Source: Candidatus Thorarchaeota archaeon (lineage in GTDB: Archaea; Asgardarchaeota; Thorarchaeia; Thorarchaeales; Thorarchaeaceae). Taken from it: 64,000 nt of DNA. Shown here piece after piece: positions 19,643 to 29,918 of this stretch. The notes beneath the pieces were generated by a model, which saw nothing but the letters and a program-made list of their open reading frames with translations, did not search any database and was not told the origin of the DNA. The stretch is taken from contig JAFGAR010000101.1 in NCBI GenBank assembly GCA_016933575.1, positions 64,001 to 128,000 of the forward strand, in the 5' to 3' direction. The first letter of the stretch is position 1, and each line of letters opens with the position of its first letter. A program made the translations under genes and the position numbers.

Positions 19643-19963
19643 ATGGGTGTCCACGAGAATTTTCAGGAAGAGATGCAGGATATCTGTAAAAAATACTTTG
19701 ATCTCTTGCAGCAAAAGAAAGCAATTGATGAACAACTTGAGTCATTGCACAATTATCTCGAAGTCACAATGCAGAAGTATGATCGGGAAGAGTATGATGA
19801 TCCTGAAGTCCCTGTGAAGGTCGACAAAATAGTCTATACGAGTGAACGCATGAAACGAGGTGCTAAAGAAAAACTGCGAGAGCTATTGACCACGAAACAA
19901 TGGTCTGATATCTTTAAGACAAAAGAAATCGTTTCATATCGAGTTACGCCTCGTGATGAATGA
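19643..19963 (+). CDS. hypothetical coiled-coil protein
   Basis: 106-aa charged ORF with natural composition, in an otherwise empty gap. Confidence 0.6.
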   Translation: MGVHENFQEEMQDICKKYFDLLQQKKAIDEQLESLHNYLEVTMQKYDREEYDDPEVPVKVDKIVYTSERMKRGAKEKLRELLTTKQWSDIFKTKEIVSYRVTPRDE

Positions 19964-20005
19964 TTTTCATTTATGCATCCACAATTCTAAGTCACTCTTA
20001 GAACA

Positions 20006-20719
20006 TTAGTGTGTTTTTTTTAGAATACCAACATAGTACTTCGGTTCACCAATGGTCTTCTCGAGGTACCAGCCAGCCTGTTCCCCAAGTTCTTTCATGA
20101 GCTCCTTAGTGCATAGTAAGAGGTACCACCAATCATCTATGTCTCCCTTGTACTTATTTCTGAGCCGTACTAACCCGGGTGGATTGCCTGCCTCTCTATT
20201 CATCTCATGATATTTCAGATGAATTTCTTCACCTGTCTCCAAGGGATCAATAGATCCTCCCAGGATTTTAGCATCATCTGTGGTTACATCATGGAATCCT
20301 CTTAGCATTCTCACTACTCCCTCTGGTTGGCCCATCAGTCTAAAATTATTCCCGAATAGAACTACTGTCTTAAAGTACGAATGCGGCAGTACCAGTTTAT
20401 CAGCTGACATTTCATAGACATTATTGAAACCTCTTTTCCGACTGATTTCAATAGCGAGAGGCGAAGTATCGATGCCGTAGTATTCTAATCCCCTTTCTAC
20501 AAGAATTTCTCCGACTCGGCATACTCCACATCCAATATCTAGAACAGGTCCTTCCATTTCTTCAACAGCAAGTTGTTCAACTCTTGGCCATTCATCAAAC
20601 TTGCGGATATATTGTAATCCTGAAGTATTTCGAATGAATCCATCATCTCTCTCAATAATGTAGCTAGAGTCGTGTCCTTGTACTGCATCACGCATAATCT
20701 TTCCAAATGTGTCGGGCAT
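20006..20719 (-). CDS. class I SAM-dependent methyltransferase
   Basis: VLDIGCGVCR, GIDTSP, ERDDG and GNNF. Start chosen at MPDTFG. Confidence 0.87.
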   Translation of the reverse strand: MPDTFGKIMRDAVQGHDSSYIIERDDGFIRNTSGLQYIRKFDEWPRVEQLAVEEMEGPVLDIGCGVCRVGEILVERGLEYYGIDTSPLAIEISRKRGFNNVYEMSADKLVLPHSYFKTVVLFGNNFRLMGQPEGVVRMLRGFHDVTTDDAKILGGSIDPLETGEEIHLKYHEMNREAGNPPGLVRLRNKYKGDIDDWWYLLLCTKELMKELGEQAGWYLEKTIGEPKYYVGILKKTH

Positions 20720-20874
20720 GACTCTAATATTGCAATACATTGACAAAAATTAACCGTTTTCAGGTAACGACTTGTGTCCTCATTAAGTGTCCCCTAATAG
20801 TGCCTTCTGATTATATACTCATTCTTACGTTCATGTGATGTTTCTTATAGATTTGAAGAAGGGGATTTGCACCG

Positions 20875-22383
20875 ATGAGTAGAACTTCAAGCTTCATGGG
20901 CTTTGCAGAGGCAGATGATAAGGCAATTCACCTCGGGAAGATCCTTATGATTCTCTTACCTACAGCCAACATTATCTTTACACTAAGTACTACATTCTAT
21001 ACTATCTTCATCGCTGAGGCACTCGGAGGAGCTGGTGGATTCATTGAAGGTCTAGGTCTCTTGGGAGTACTTGTTGCTGTTGAGATGATTACCCAGACAA
21101 TACTTGATTACCCAAGTGGAGCTCTTGGTGATGCTATCGGTCAGAGATGGGTCATTGCATTAGGAAACTCATTGTATGGTGTCGTCTTCTTCATGGTCTC
21201 CTTTGTGACTTCATCGACTCCGTTCCTCTATCTAGTTGTTGTTTTTGCACTTCAAGGTGTTGCTCAATCACAGATAAGTGGCGCTTGGGGCGCTTGGTTC
21301 GATAACAATTACAAAATTGCTATGCCTGCTGATACCGATAGAAAGCAGTACGGGGTCTTCTGGGGTCGTATGGGTATGATCTCCCAAATAGCCTCAACTG
21401 CAGCATTAATCCCAGGAAGTATCTTGGCAGTGGTTTTTCAGAGAGCATTTGTTTTTCAGATCGAAGCAGTTGGTGCTTTCATCTTTGCATTACTTGTCTT
21501 GAGATATATTAGAGATTTCCCTGAAGTCGAGGCACTACGTGAGGAGCGCCCATCAATGAGCGAGTATACATCTCTTCTCCGAGAAGGTGTCAGTTATCTA
21601 TGGAGAACTCCATTCGTGAAATATCTTGTCATCGGCTCTATGCTAACAGCGAGTGCTATTTCTGTCTGGGGTCAGCTCATCTTATTTCCTCTCTATTTCA
21701 GCTATCTCATTACAGATGTCGCAGTCGCTTCATACCGAACGATTGCCTTCATTCCCGGGGTTGCTGCAAATGAGAGATCTGGAATCTGGTCACAGAAATT
21801 CGAGCCAAAGAAATGGATTCCTAGATTTCGACTTCTTCAAGCATGTGGATTTGTATTCTTCTTAGTGTTGGCAGTACTGATGTTCGTTTTTCCACCAGTT
21901 CCAAATGCAACAGAGATGGTCTCAGTTCTATGGCCATTCACTGATATTGCCCTCATAGAATTACCAGTGCAACATGTCATTCCGATTATTATGCTATTTA
22001 GTTTGTTCACGGTTACAATGTTCTTTGGTGGCTTTGCCGAAATTCTTACACAGAGAGTGCTATTGGATGTAATTCCAAGCAGAAATCGTAACTCATTATA
22101 CTCTCTGCAACCAACAATCCTTCTATTGCTGGCTACACCTCAGATTGCTATTCTCGGTTGGGTCATCCCGGTAATTGGTTTTCCTGCAACATTATTGATC
22201 TGTGGCTTTGTTTCATTAACAGGTGTATTGATAATCAGATACGCCTTGACCTTGGAGCGACCTATTATCGAAAAGAAAGAGACTTCAGATTCTGTTGCCA
22301 ATGATGAAGAGCGCATCATTGAATCAAGCTCGGAAACTCTTATTGAAAATATAGAGCCCGTTGTTAGATCCATTCCGGAGTGA
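20875..22383 (+). CDS. MFS transporter
   Basis: DYPSGALGDAIGQRW (motif A) and about 12 TMs. Confidence 0.87.
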   Translation: MSRTSSFMGFAEADDKAIHLGKILMILLPTANIIFTLSTTFYTIFIAEALGGAGGFIEGLGLLGVLVAVEMITQTILDYPSGALGDAIGQRWVIALGNSLYGVVFFMVSFVTSSTPFLYLVVVFALQGVAQSQISGAWGAWFDNNYKIAMPADTDRKQYGVFWGRMGMISQIASTAALIPGSILAVVFQRAFVFQIEAVGAFIFALLVLRYIRDFPEVEALREERPSMSEYTSLLREGVSYLWRTPFVKYLVIGSMLTASAISVWGQLILFPLYFSYLITDVAVASYRTIAFIPGVAANERSGIWSQKFEPKKWIPRFRLLQACGFVFFLVLAVLMFVFPPVPNATEMVSVLWPFTDIALIELPVQHVIPIIMLFSLFTVTMFFGGFAEILTQRVLLDVIPSRNRNSLYSLQPTILLLLATPQIAILGWVIPVIGFPATLLICGFVSLTGVLIIRYALTLERPIIEKKETSDSVANDEERIIESSSETLIENIEPVVRSIPE

Positions 22384-22562
22384 TGGATTCGTTTCCATCA
22401 CTCCACCTCATTATTGCGTTCGAATACAGTTGATTTGGAATTAGACAAATCGTCAAATTACTTGTATTGAGCATATCTTCAAATAATATTCCATATTTTC
22501 TAATTGAGATAAGGAAAAGTAGAAAAGATGAATCACTTAATTAAACGATGTAATAACCGGAT

Positions 22563-23804
22563 TTGATGTTGATGAATCTCGAGAAGGAACTTGCTCAATG
22601 CAATCAAAAGATTTCTCGCATTGAATACGAAAGTCAGAAACTCCTCGAAGCTGCATCAATCGTTCTTCAATCAGAAGATTTCGTTCATGCTGCAAAGGCT
22701 GTTTTCGATATAGCTAAAGATCTCACTGGTGCATCATCCGGATACGTTGCTTTACTCTCTGAAGATGGGCTTGAAAATGAAGTATTGTTTCTTGATTCTG
22801 GTGGACTTCCCTGTTCTGTTGATGAGAGTTTGCCAATGCCAATTCGTGGTCTACGCGAAGTAGTCTATCGAGAGAATAGACCTGCATATGAGAATGCATT
22901 CATGGAATCTGAATGGTTGCGATATATGCCAGAGGGACATGTTACAATGCGGAATGTTCTATTTGGCCCTCTAGTCATCGCAGGAAGAGCTGAGGGATTG
23001 ATTGGATTAGCAAACAAACCTTCGGACTTCAATGAAGACGACGCAAGAATTGTCATGGCCTTGTCTAATTTAGTAGCAATTGGATTAAAGAGAGCTAAGA
23101 CAGAAACAGAGTTGAGAGATAGCCAACAAAGGCTTTCTGAAACGATTTCTGAATTGAAGCTCTACACATCCCTACTTAGACATGATCTATCTAATGATCT
23201 TCAACTCATTATTGGGGAAATCCAACTAGCGCAACTCAAAGTAGCAGAAGAACCAGAGTTAAAGGAATCCTGCGTAAAAATTGATTCAGCTTGTTCAAGA
23301 ATGCTGAGACTTGTACAGGTCTTCAATAAGGGTGATATTTTAGAAGATAACAATTTACTATCTCTAATCAAATACCTCACTGACGAGACTGTTTCAAGTT
23401 ATCAAGAAGTTAATATTGATCTCCATAATCATACATCTAAGGATACTATTATCATTAGAGGCTGGTCACTCCTTCCCTTTGTCTTTGACAACCTCATTCG
23501 TAATGCTTTCCAGCATGTTAGTCCTGATGTTGAAATTAATATCCATCTTAATACCGAGAACGAGAATGTGATTTTAGATTTTGTAGATAATGGTCATGGA
23601 ATTGACAGTGATATTGCCGCAAATCTCTTTCAAAAGGGTGTTTCAAAGGCAGGTAGTGGATTTGGCTTATATCTCTGCAGAAAGATCATTGAAACCTACC
23701 AAGGCAAAATATTCCTTCTACCGCGTGAGGTTTATAATAAAGGAGCGGCAATTCGAATTGAATTGCCATTCGTCAAATCAGATGTCAGTATTAAATTACA
23801 CTAG
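22563..23804 (+). CDS. GAF-domain sensor histidine kinase
   Basis: GAF (LANKPSDFNEDD), H-box RHDLSN, N-box NLIRNA, DNGHG and GFGL. Confidence 0.92.
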   Translation: MMLMNLEKELAQCNQKISRIEYESQKLLEAASIVLQSEDFVHAAKAVFDIAKDLTGASSGYVALLSEDGLENEVLFLDSGGLPCSVDESLPMPIRGLREVVYRENRPAYENAFMESEWLRYMPEGHVTMRNVLFGPLVIAGRAEGLIGLANKPSDFNEDDARIVMALSNLVAIGLKRAKTETELRDSQQRLSETISELKLYTSLLRHDLSNDLQLIIGEIQLAQLKVAEEPELKESCVKIDSACSRMLRLVQVFNKGDILEDNNLLSLIKYLTDETVSSYQEVNIDLHNHTSKDTIIIRGWSLLPFVFDNLIRNAFQHVSPDVEINIHLNTENENVILDFVDNGHGIDSDIAANLFQKGVSKAGSGFGLYLCRKIIETYQGKIFLLPREVYNKGAAIRIELPFVKSDVSIKLH

Positions 23805-23830
23805 TACATCGTTGGAGTATCTTTACTTTC

Positions 23831-24895
23831 TCACATTTCGTAGAAATATTTGCCCTTACTGTAAATGAGTTCATCTCCAGCATAAATTTCTCCATTAAGC
23901 ATGGATTTGATCATATCCACGTGAACTGCTGACTCGTTGACTCCATTACAGTCCTTGTAGGCTCGTCCTAGAGCACAGTGAATCGTGTCGCCAATTTTTT
24001 CATCGAAGAGCATATTGAGAGTATATTGCTTGATACCACGATTTGTGCCAATAGCCATCTCACCGAGTCGGCGAGAGCCTTCATCAATCTCTATGATTGA
24101 TTTCAGAGTTGCTTCTTCTTTCTCAGCAGAGAAATCTACGACTTCTCCTTTTTCAAAAGTGAGTCTTACGCCTTCAATCACCTTTCCTTGTTGTAGGAAT
24201 GGGATATCAAAGTAGATTTTTCCTTCTACAGAATCGTCAACAGGAGCTGTGAAGACTTCTCCACTGGGCATATTATGTTTTCCATCGCTTGCTACCCAAA
24301 TTCGACCTTCTGTTGAGGCATAAAGGTCAGTTTCAGGTCCTATGTATCGGATATCTTTATGATTCTCAAGATGCTCCTTCATGACATACATCATTTTACT
24401 CTCTTCAGCCCAGTCGATGAGAGTAGCCCCATATACAAAATCACGATACTCCTCTAAACTCATGTTTGCCTCTTGAGCTAGTGTTTGACACGGGTGAACG
24501 GTGAGTGACCACCTTTTACTAAGACGCATCGCTTGAATCTCCTGTTGCGTCTTTGAATCCAACATGATCTTCTTGTTGTCGACATTCGTTAATCCGCGAG
24601 TGTTCACCGGTGATCTAAGAGAGATGAATACATCACATTTCTCAGTAACTGCTTTCATATGTTCAGGAACAATCTTGAGGGTTTCATCAGAAGCATTTGT
24701 GTAGAAAGCACGAAGTGCTTCTTCACTTGTCATCAGTGTGATTACTCGTCCACCAGCTTTTGCTATTTCCTTATATAATGCAACAACAAGCTCGTGTGCT
24801 TCAGGCGTTGCATTGATAATGACATTATCGCCTGGTTTGACTTCAGTGCTCCATTCAACAAGGATTTTTGCGTGTTCTTCAATTCGCGGGTCCAT
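23831..24895 (-). CDS. M29 family aminopeptidase (AmpS/AmpT type)
   Basis: NMPSGEVFTAP, LGE, LFDEK, HCALG and SAVHVD. Confidence 0.93.
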   Translation of the reverse strand: MDPRIEEHAKILVEWSTEVKPGDNVIINATPEAHELVVALYKEIAKAGGRVITLMTSEEALRAFYTNASDETLKIVPEHMKAVTEKCDVFISLRSPVNTRGLTNVDNKKIMLDSKTQQEIQAMRLSKRWSLTVHPCQTLAQEANMSLEEYRDFVYGATLIDWAEESKMMYVMKEHLENHKDIRYIGPETDLYASTEGRIWVASDGKHNMPSGEVFTAPVDDSVEGKIYFDIPFLQQGKVIEGVRLTFEKGEVVDFSAEKEEATLKSIIEIDEGSRRLGEMAIGTNRGIKQYTLNMLFDEKIGDTIHCALGRAYKDCNGVNESAVHVDMIKSMLNGEIYAGDELIYSKGKYFYEM

Positions 24896-24987
24896 TGCTA
24901 TGCCTCGAATTCTGAACACTCCTTCTATGTCATATATATTGTGGAATGCGCTTCGAGAGAAAGACGTTCATTGGACAATTCTACAGA

Positions 24988-25398
24988 CTAAATTTCTCGT
25001 TTCTCTGTCTTATGTGTAGCTCCACAGTATGGGCATTTTATTGTGAGTGGTCCAACCCATTCAATGCCTTCAGAAGTCAATGATGCTCCACAATCCTTGC
25101 AGAAACTTGGAGGTTCGTAAATGAATGACCTCTCTTTAGGTACGCTAGCCATTCGAGGATTCATAGCTAATCCAAAAGCTCCCACCGTTCCTATCCGTTT
25201 CCTCATCCCATACACAATGACTCCAGCACCAACCAAGAAACTGATCATGGGTACAACAAGAACATAGAATAGAATCATACCAACATCGTGTGTATCAGCC
25301 CAGAAGAATTGCATGAATCCACCAAAGAAACCTACAACAATAATTATCATCCCGATAATTGTAGTGCCACAACCAGAACTACTAGAGTCATCAGACAT
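24988..25398 (-). CDS. 2-TM protein with C-terminal CxxC..WVGP..CxxC zinc ribbon
   Basis: CKDCGAS...EWVGPLTIKCPYC. Paralog of 19115-19546. Confidence 0.75.
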   Translation of the reverse strand: MSDDSSSSGCGTTIIGMIIIVVGFFGGFMQFFWADTHDVGMILFYVLVVPMISFLVGAGVIVYGMRKRIGTVGAFGLAMNPRMASVPKERSFIYEPPSFCKDCGASLTSEGIEWVGPLTIKCPYCGATHKTEKREI

Positions 25399-25575
25399 TG
25401 TAAATCTATCCTGTATCTTTCATTCAGATGCTCCACACAATGAGTTATAGGTTTCTCTCTGACGAATTGTCATACATGGAATATCCGATCTAGTTGACTA
25501 ATTCACCTTTAGCTTCGGGGGGATTGGCACATTCACGACTGGTTTAATAGTAAGTGCTTCTGATTACATCTTACA

Positions 25576-26856
25576 ATGGACGTTGCTGGTTTAATTACCC
25601 TCATTATATTGATAGTGACTTTATTGGTCATATTATCAGAGAGGATTAACGAAACAGCAGCTGCTCTATTGGCTATGTCCATTGTTGGCGGAATCTTGTA
25701 TCTCTTCTATGGATTCACTTTCACAGAATTTGTGCAGCTCATGCCATGGGATACAATTCTCTTTGTCACAGCGATGTTGATTGTTGTAGCTGTTGCTGCT
25801 TCTTCAGGAATGTTCCAATATATAGCCCTAGTTCTAATTCGAAGAACAGGCGGTGAACCCAAGAGGATTTTCATAACGTTCATGAGTTTTGTTTTTGTTA
25901 TATCACTGTTCCTTGACCCACTCCCGACGATGTTAGTCATGGGCGTTTTTACGGTTGAAGTTTGCAAAACAGTTGACCTTGATTTTAGACCTATATTAAT
26001 CTCAGAAGTAATTGTTGCCAACTTTGCTTCATTTCCTTCTCTTGTAGGATCAGTACCTAATCTGGTCATTGCCGTCAATTCGAACATCGATATCACATTG
26101 ATGTTCATTTTCCTCATGCCCCTCTCAATACTTCTATTCATAATAACTATCTACTTACTTCTATGGAAGTATGGTGACTCACTCAAAGTTGAAGGCACTT
26201 CAGATTGGAATGTTCTCTATATGATTAAACCAAGTGTCATGATTAAGTCCAGACATGATTTCTATCTGTCTTTGATTGCCATGACCATTCTGATTCTTGG
26301 ATTCACGATTGGCGCAGTTCGTGTAGAGGCTAGTCTAATTGCTATGTTGGTTGCTTCAGGAATGTTGGTCTTTTCTCATGAACGCTCGAAAGATCTACTT
26401 AGAGCACTCTCTTGGGATACCATCTTCTTCTTGGTTGGTCTCTTTGGAATAATTGCTGGATTAGAACAGACAAATGTAATCTCTGATTTCGTGAATGGCA
26501 CCATGGCTATAATTGGCAATAATATATTCTTAGCAATGGGAATAATGATCTGGATACCTGGTTTCGTCTTGTCATTAATAGATAATATTCCAGTTGCAGC
26601 ATTACTCTCTGAACTTGGACTTCAATTGGGTGCAATTAATCCCATAGTTCCTCTTACACTGATTATCGGAACAAATGTTGGAGGGTATATGATTCCCTTT
26701 GGGGATGCACCGAATATGATAGCTGTGGGTCTTGCAGCAGATGAAGGAAAACCCATTAGTTTCATTGATTTCACAAAGATAGCATTACCACTTGGATTTC
26801 TACATCTTGTAGTGAGTACCGTGTATTCATTCGCAATTGCCCTATTATTCTTTTAA
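25576..26856 (+). CDS. ArsB/NhaD (SLC13/CitMHS-like) ion transporter
   Basis: VGSVPNL, WDTIFF, IDNIP and GTNVGG...G.APN motifs, multi-TM. Confidence 0.85.
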   Translation: MDVAGLITLIILIVTLLVILSERINETAAALLAMSIVGGILYLFYGFTFTEFVQLMPWDTILFVTAMLIVVAVAASSGMFQYIALVLIRRTGGEPKRIFITFMSFVFVISLFLDPLPTMLVMGVFTVEVCKTVDLDFRPILISEVIVANFASFPSLVGSVPNLVIAVNSNIDITLMFIFLMPLSILLFIITIYLLLWKYGDSLKVEGTSDWNVLYMIKPSVMIKSRHDFYLSLIAMTILILGFTIGAVRVEASLIAMLVASGMLVFSHERSKDLLRALSWDTIFFLVGLFGIIAGLEQTNVISDFVNGTMAIIGNNIFLAMGIMIWIPGFVLSLIDNIPVAALLSELGLQLGAINPIVPLTLIIGTNVGGYMIPFGDAPNMIAVGLAADEGKPISFIDFTKIALPLGFLHLVVSTVYSFAIALLFF

Positions 26857-26932
26857 ATCGGAAATTGTCTATTTGATAGGTTCCTACCTCGTTGATGATT
26901 AAATTCATCAATGTTTGATGTAAAGAAAAATT

Positions 26933-27421
26933 ATGTTCGATATACTAGAACGTTCACTCAAGTTTGGTCTTAGAGGTAAACACATCCACATGGATCCACA
27001 GAAAGCCCTTGAAGGATTAAATGCAGAGACAGCAAGCATGCTTCCGTTCAAAGGGGATCATTCTTGTTGGCATATTTTGTATCATATGGTATTTTGGCAA
27101 GATCTAATGCTTTCCGCAATTAGAGGCGACGATGTTGATTGGCCCAAGAACAACGATTCAAGTTGGTTAAGTAATGACATGCTCGGAGATCCAGAAGATT
27201 GGCAAGATCTTGTTCAGAAGTTCGTTGATGGATTGAATGAGGCTGAGGAACTCGTGAAAGGAATTCAATCGCTGGATGACTTACCTGCATGGCCAAAGGT
27301 ACCTCCCTTTGCAGCATTCATGTCCTTGAACCAACATAATGCCTATCATACAGGAGAAATTGTAGCCACACGACAGGCTCTAGGCATTTGGCCGCCTCCA
27401 GAATACAAGCCTACATTCTAG
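26933..27421 (+). CDS. DinB/YfiT family protein
   Basis: HSCWHILYHMVFWQ and QHNAYHTGEI metal-binding histidines. Confidence 0.85.
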   Translation: MFDILERSLKFGLRGKHIHMDPQKALEGLNAETASMLPFKGDHSCWHILYHMVFWQDLMLSAIRGDDVDWPKNNDSSWLSNDMLGDPEDWQDLVQKFVDGLNEAEELVKGIQSLDDLPAWPKVPPFAAFMSLNQHNAYHTGEIVATRQALGIWPPPEYKPTF

Positions 27422-27426
27422 TGGAT

Positions 27427-29805
27427 TCATTCATTATATGGTTTGATGCGTACAAGAATTGAGTTGAATCCGGGAGTGTTACCAAAGGCAGTATGCTTAT
27501 CGTCGGTCAAGTGATTGATATTACCATCTGCTTCCCACCAACCATCAGAAGTCCAAACAACTCTAGGATCAATTTCATCAGAGATCTCAAGTTTAACATT
27601 TTCAACTAATCCATGTACAGATTCTATTGTTACTCTGTCACCCTCCTTGAGATTGAGTTCAGTTGCTGTTCTTGAGTGCATTCGAAGGAATGATCTATTT
27701 TTACTTGTTTTACTTCTTACAGGCATCCGTATAGGATCTGTCACGACATCGAAAGGACATACATCAATCTGGCATTCTCTACATCCTATACATTTTTCAT
27801 CATCCCATGCAGGTACCAGTAGGGCTGTCATATTTTCCGGTATGCTAATTTTCTCATTGGAGTAACTCACAGCAAGTTCAGCAATGAGTACCCCCAGTTC
27901 ATGACGAAGTTGTGCTCTACTTTCTTCTGTTCTATGTTGGTCGTGTCGTATTTGTTGAACAGTTGGTTGAATAAGTTTTATAGCTTCATCAGGGCATTCA
28001 TTAACACATTTCTTACAGGTCGTACAGTGAGAGTAGCTCTTCACAGTTGCTCCTACTTCGACTGTTGTATATTGAGAATGAAGCCGTGTTCTTGATCTTC
28101 CTGAAATCATAATTAAAGGATAGTTCTTAAAAGTGTCAGGCTGTGAACTAGGACTCTCAGCAGGTTCTTCGTGAAACGGAAGAGGGTCATATCCTGACTC
28201 TTTGAGATCTTTCGAAAAAAGTTCTATCTTTCCGGAAGGCGTTTTGAATATATGATCTTCGAATGGAATAGATGGACTTGATGTCCGAATGCCCTCTGGA
28301 TGTTTAATTAATTCTTCAATTTTGATATGTTTGCATTCCTCACTCTCAAGAGCTGAAATGATAGCTTCTCGTTCATTAATTTGGAAATACTCACTGATTC
28401 CTAATCTCTCAGCAATTCCTTTCCATATTTCTAGTTCATTTCGAACTTCACCCAGAGGTTCCACAATCTTTGGAGCGAACTGCACAATCCTATGAAGTTC
28501 AGAGTGTACCAAATTATCATGTTCGAAGATGAATGTTGCAGGAAGTATGATATCACACAGCATTGCAGTATCAGTCAGTTCGAGATCAATAGAGACTTTG
28601 AAAGGAATGCGTTTCAGTGCCTCAATCGTCTTACTTGTGTTAGGCCATTGAGTCAAAGGGTTCGCTGCTTGGATTATCAACACTTTGATTGGACTCTCAT
28701 CATTCTTTAGAACAAGGTCTGGTATGTAGGTTCCAGATGGAACAATAGGTTTTACAGATTTATCCAGTAAATGATCTAGAGTGATAGCGTTTCCGTTAAA
28801 GGGACTATTATCTGAAGAGAGATATTGGAATCCTCCACCAGAAACTCCAATATATCCGCAGATAGCAAGAAGACTATGAACTGCTCTTGCAGCCCATGTT
28901 CCGTTTGTGTAATGGTTCATACCTGCTGGGGCGGTAGTAATCATTGCTGGTCCATGTGTAGCAAATGTCCTTGCTATTTTCTTAATATCATCCACAGAAA
29001 CCCAAGTTATTTCACTAACTCTCTGTTTGTCATATTCCGAGACCCTCTTTCTATACTCGTCGAAACCTATGACATATTTCTCAACATACTCTTTATCATA
29101 GAGACCTTTGGAGATTATTTCATTCGCAATACCCAGCGCTAGAGCTCCATCAGTCCCTGGTCTAATTGTAGTATAGACATCAGCACTCTTTGCATAAGGT
29201 GTCCTTCGTGGATCTATTACTATGAGTTTAGCTCCATTATCAATTGCTTCTTGGACGTACTTTCTACAATGAATACTGGATTCGTGTTTGTTTGTTCCCC
29301 AAATAACAATACATTGAGAATTTGCCCAGTCACTCAGTTCATGAGGTGGGAATTTTCCAACGTTAAACCTTGCTCCTTCATACGCCGCTTCAAAACAGAT
29401 CTCAGCAATTCCTGGAATCATCCTACACCCGAAGGCATTGGAGAACCGAGATGCATACCGTGGTGCCATCCCATCGTTTCCCGATCCTGAGTAGATTCCA
29501 ACACTTTCAGGTCCAAATCTGTCTTTAACCTCTTTCAACAGTTCTGCAATTTCGTTCAACGCAGTTTCCCATGATATCCGCTTGAAAGTTCCGTCTGATT
29601 TCTTCTGAAGAGGATGGAGTAGTCTATCATCAGAATACATTCTCAAAACATGCGCGTAGCCTTTTGGACAACATCTCCCTTCAGTATAAGTATGATTAGG
29701 GTCTCCTTCCAGTCTCGTAATTTTGCCATTCTCGAGATGCACTACATAGGCGCAAATATCCGGGCAATTGAGTGCGCATGCTGAATAGTGCTTCTCTATC
29801 GACAT
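27427..29805 (-). CDS. Mo/W-bisPGD oxidoreductase with an inserted 2[4Fe-4S] ferredoxin domain
   Basis: N-terminal CALNCPDIC...CPKG, WGTN, IDPR, IRPGTDGALA, DIILPA, TPSGKIEL and a C-terminal cofactor-binding domain. Extra CxxCxxCxxxCP motifs lie inside that domain. Confidence 0.9.
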   Translation of the reverse strand: MSIEKHYSACALNCPDICAYVVHLENGKITRLEGDPNHTYTEGRCCPKGYAHVLRMYSDDRLLHPLQKKSDGTFKRISWETALNEIAELLKEVKDRFGPESVGIYSGSGNDGMAPRYASRFSNAFGCRMIPGIAEICFEAAYEGARFNVGKFPPHELSDWANSQCIVIWGTNKHESSIHCRKYVQEAIDNGAKLIVIDPRRTPYAKSADVYTTIRPGTDGALALGIANEIISKGLYDKEYVEKYVIGFDEYRKRVSEYDKQRVSEITWVSVDDIKKIARTFATHGPAMITTAPAGMNHYTNGTWAARAVHSLLAICGYIGVSGGGFQYLSSDNSPFNGNAITLDHLLDKSVKPIVPSGTYIPDLVLKNDESPIKVLIIQAANPLTQWPNTSKTIEALKRIPFKVSIDLELTDTAMLCDIILPATFIFEHDNLVHSELHRIVQFAPKIVEPLGEVRNELEIWKGIAERLGISEYFQINEREAIISALESEECKHIKIEELIKHPEGIRTSSPSIPFEDHIFKTPSGKIELFSKDLKESGYDPLPFHEEPAESPSSQPDTFKNYPLIMISGRSRTRLHSQYTTVEVGATVKSYSHCTTCKKCVNECPDEAIKLIQPTVQQIRHDQHRTEESRAQLRHELGVLIAELAVSYSNEKISIPENMTALLVPAWDDEKCIGCRECQIDVCPFDVVTDPIRMPVRSKTSKNRSFLRMHSRTATELNLKEGDRVTIESVHGLVENVKLEISDEIDPRVVWTSDGWWEADGNINHLTDDKHTAFGNTPGFNSILVRIKPYNE

Positions 29806-29918
29806 TAATTCAAATCGACATCTTCCGCGGTCAATAACTCTTCCGTAAAGAATTGAATTCTAAATAGAAATCTAATTACGCATAGTTTTATAGTAGCTCG
29901 ATAATTGAGCTGAATTAA

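Noticed and set aside
19643-19963. Possible phage-derived (Gam/Gp157-like) gene
   Set aside because: Only a vague compositional likeness, with no other viral or mobile genes nearby.
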